This document shows positions 62,476 through 64,000 of a DNA stretch of 64,000 bases, one piece after another. The notes under the pieces are model-generated. The model was not told where the DNA came from. It searched no databases and saw nothing but the letters and a program-made list of their open reading frames with translations. Every line of letters begins with the position of its first letter. Position 1 is the first letter of the stretch. The stretch is from Mytilus edulis (taxonomy: Eukaryota): contig NC_092354.1 of the NCBI RefSeq assembly GCF_963676685.1, positions 58,218,001 to 58,282,000 of the forward strand, in the 5' to 3' direction. A program made the translations under genes and the position numbers.

Positions 62476-64000
62476 AAAATAATTTGTATGCCCCATTATG
62501 TTTTTTGGACTGTGCGTTTGTTTGTCCATCTGTTCCGCTTTAGGTTAAAGGTTTGGTCATGGTAGTTTTAGATGAAATTGTATTGCAATCAACCTGAAAC
62601 TTAGAACACAAGTTCCCTATGATATGATCTTTTTAATTTTAATGCCAAATTGGAGTTTTGATTTTAATTTCACGGTCCACTGAACTGCAGAACATAGAAA
62701 AATGATAACTTGTGCGAGTGGGGAATCTGTATACTATGGACACTTGTTAAGTCATAAATTACATTTTAGATTTATACTATGCTATGAAGATTTGAGAGTG
62801 GACATTCGTTTGCCTTTGTTGAACGTGCAAATTTATATATTTAGGTGTGTGACACAGTTTGTTAAGAGCCTCAAATCAATTCCTCACCCATGAACAGTTT
62901 AAGTTTGAAGTATTGGTTTGTCCCTTCATCGGCATCCGTTTTGCAAATTAGTTTTACTCACTGTTTTTGTCATTCGTGAAGATATTGATTTGTTGTTTGT
63001 TTTTTTATTTTATCATTGCAAGTTACAAAGAAGTTTGAATTTTGTTCCAGTCTAATGATTTTGGGCAGAGTTATGGTCCTTTGACTTTTGAAAATTCACT
63101 AAAATAATCAGTTTTCCTTACCTTTTTTGTCATTCTTGAATATATGGATTTGATAATTAGTATATAACTTTATCATAACAAGTACATGTAACAGTTCAAG
63201 TTTAAATTTTGATTTTGTCTGATAATTTTGTGCAGAGTAATGGTTGTTGGGCTTAGAAAATTATCTGAAATAATCAGTTTTAAACACTTTTTTTTGTCAT
63301 GCTTAAATACATTAACTTGATATTTGTTATAATGTTTACAATGACAAGTTATAAATTAAGTTACAATTTTGTTTTAATACAATGATTTTTTTAAATGGTA
63401 GGGGATTTTGCATTGCCATGCAATGGCCATGCAATACTCACAGAATGCCTGTTGTACGCCCGTTTACGGGACGTACAGTCAGGGGCACTACTTGTACAAG
63501 TTATTTTTATTTACTTGAAGAAGTCAAAAAAAAATATACACATATATTAAAGTAAATAAATAATGTTTGAATAATCTTCCCTTAATTTTCTTTAAAATTT
63601 ACTTGTATAAGTAAATTTTTCTTACAATCACACAAAAGTTATTAAGTTTTGAGATGTAAATTCATGCCTTTCATGATTTTTCCCAGGCTGCTGATTTTTT
63701 TTATTAGAGTTCAATGTTTCATCTTATTAATTTAACGAAGAAACTGATTGCGCAACGATCTTAAGTATTTGGGCAAGGCCTTCAAAAATTGCTCCTTGGG
63801 GGCTTGTAAATGTTCTGAAGATAACAGACAAATGGGATTTTAATTGTCCATGAAATTACACTTAAATGATTAGTAAAGACATCTGCAAAGGGCAGATAAT
63901 TTAAAATTCCATTAGAGCAAAGAAATCATAAGAATTCAATAAGGAAGATAGGATGACTTTTTTACTTCTACAAGAAAAAAAATCAGAATGTTTAAGGGAC

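Overview
AT-rich, repeat-dense, intron-containing eukaryotic DNA, most likely a bivalve mollusc such as Mytilus. That assignment is inferred from the C1q-domain gene cluster and a 355-nt hammerhead repeat, not tested by any search. Host genes: two complete three-exon secreted C1q-domain (C1qDC) genes on the minus strand (8182-10010, 29442-30888), an intact orphan C1q terminal exon between them (20924-21321), two decayed C1q relics, an orphan antistasin-like exon, and an intronless GT32/DXD glycosyltransferase (45664-46482). A ~5 kb segmental duplication (12816-17654 vs 22464-27732) interleaves the C1q copies and exposes filled and empty insertion sites. Mobile DNA: a near-complete four-exon Crypton-type tyrosine-recombinase transposon (48818-51839) and three small non-coding elements sharing its terminal-hairpin and circle-junction-complement layout; type I hammerhead ribozyme repeats, including a tandem pair 355 nt apart; Penelope-like RT relics; a Gypsy gag with an N-terminal HhH motif; LINE fragments; a Helentron/pearl-like element; MITEs; CACTA-like ends; and several minisatellites. 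There is one 155-N assembly gap. All calls come from manual reading; no database search was possible.
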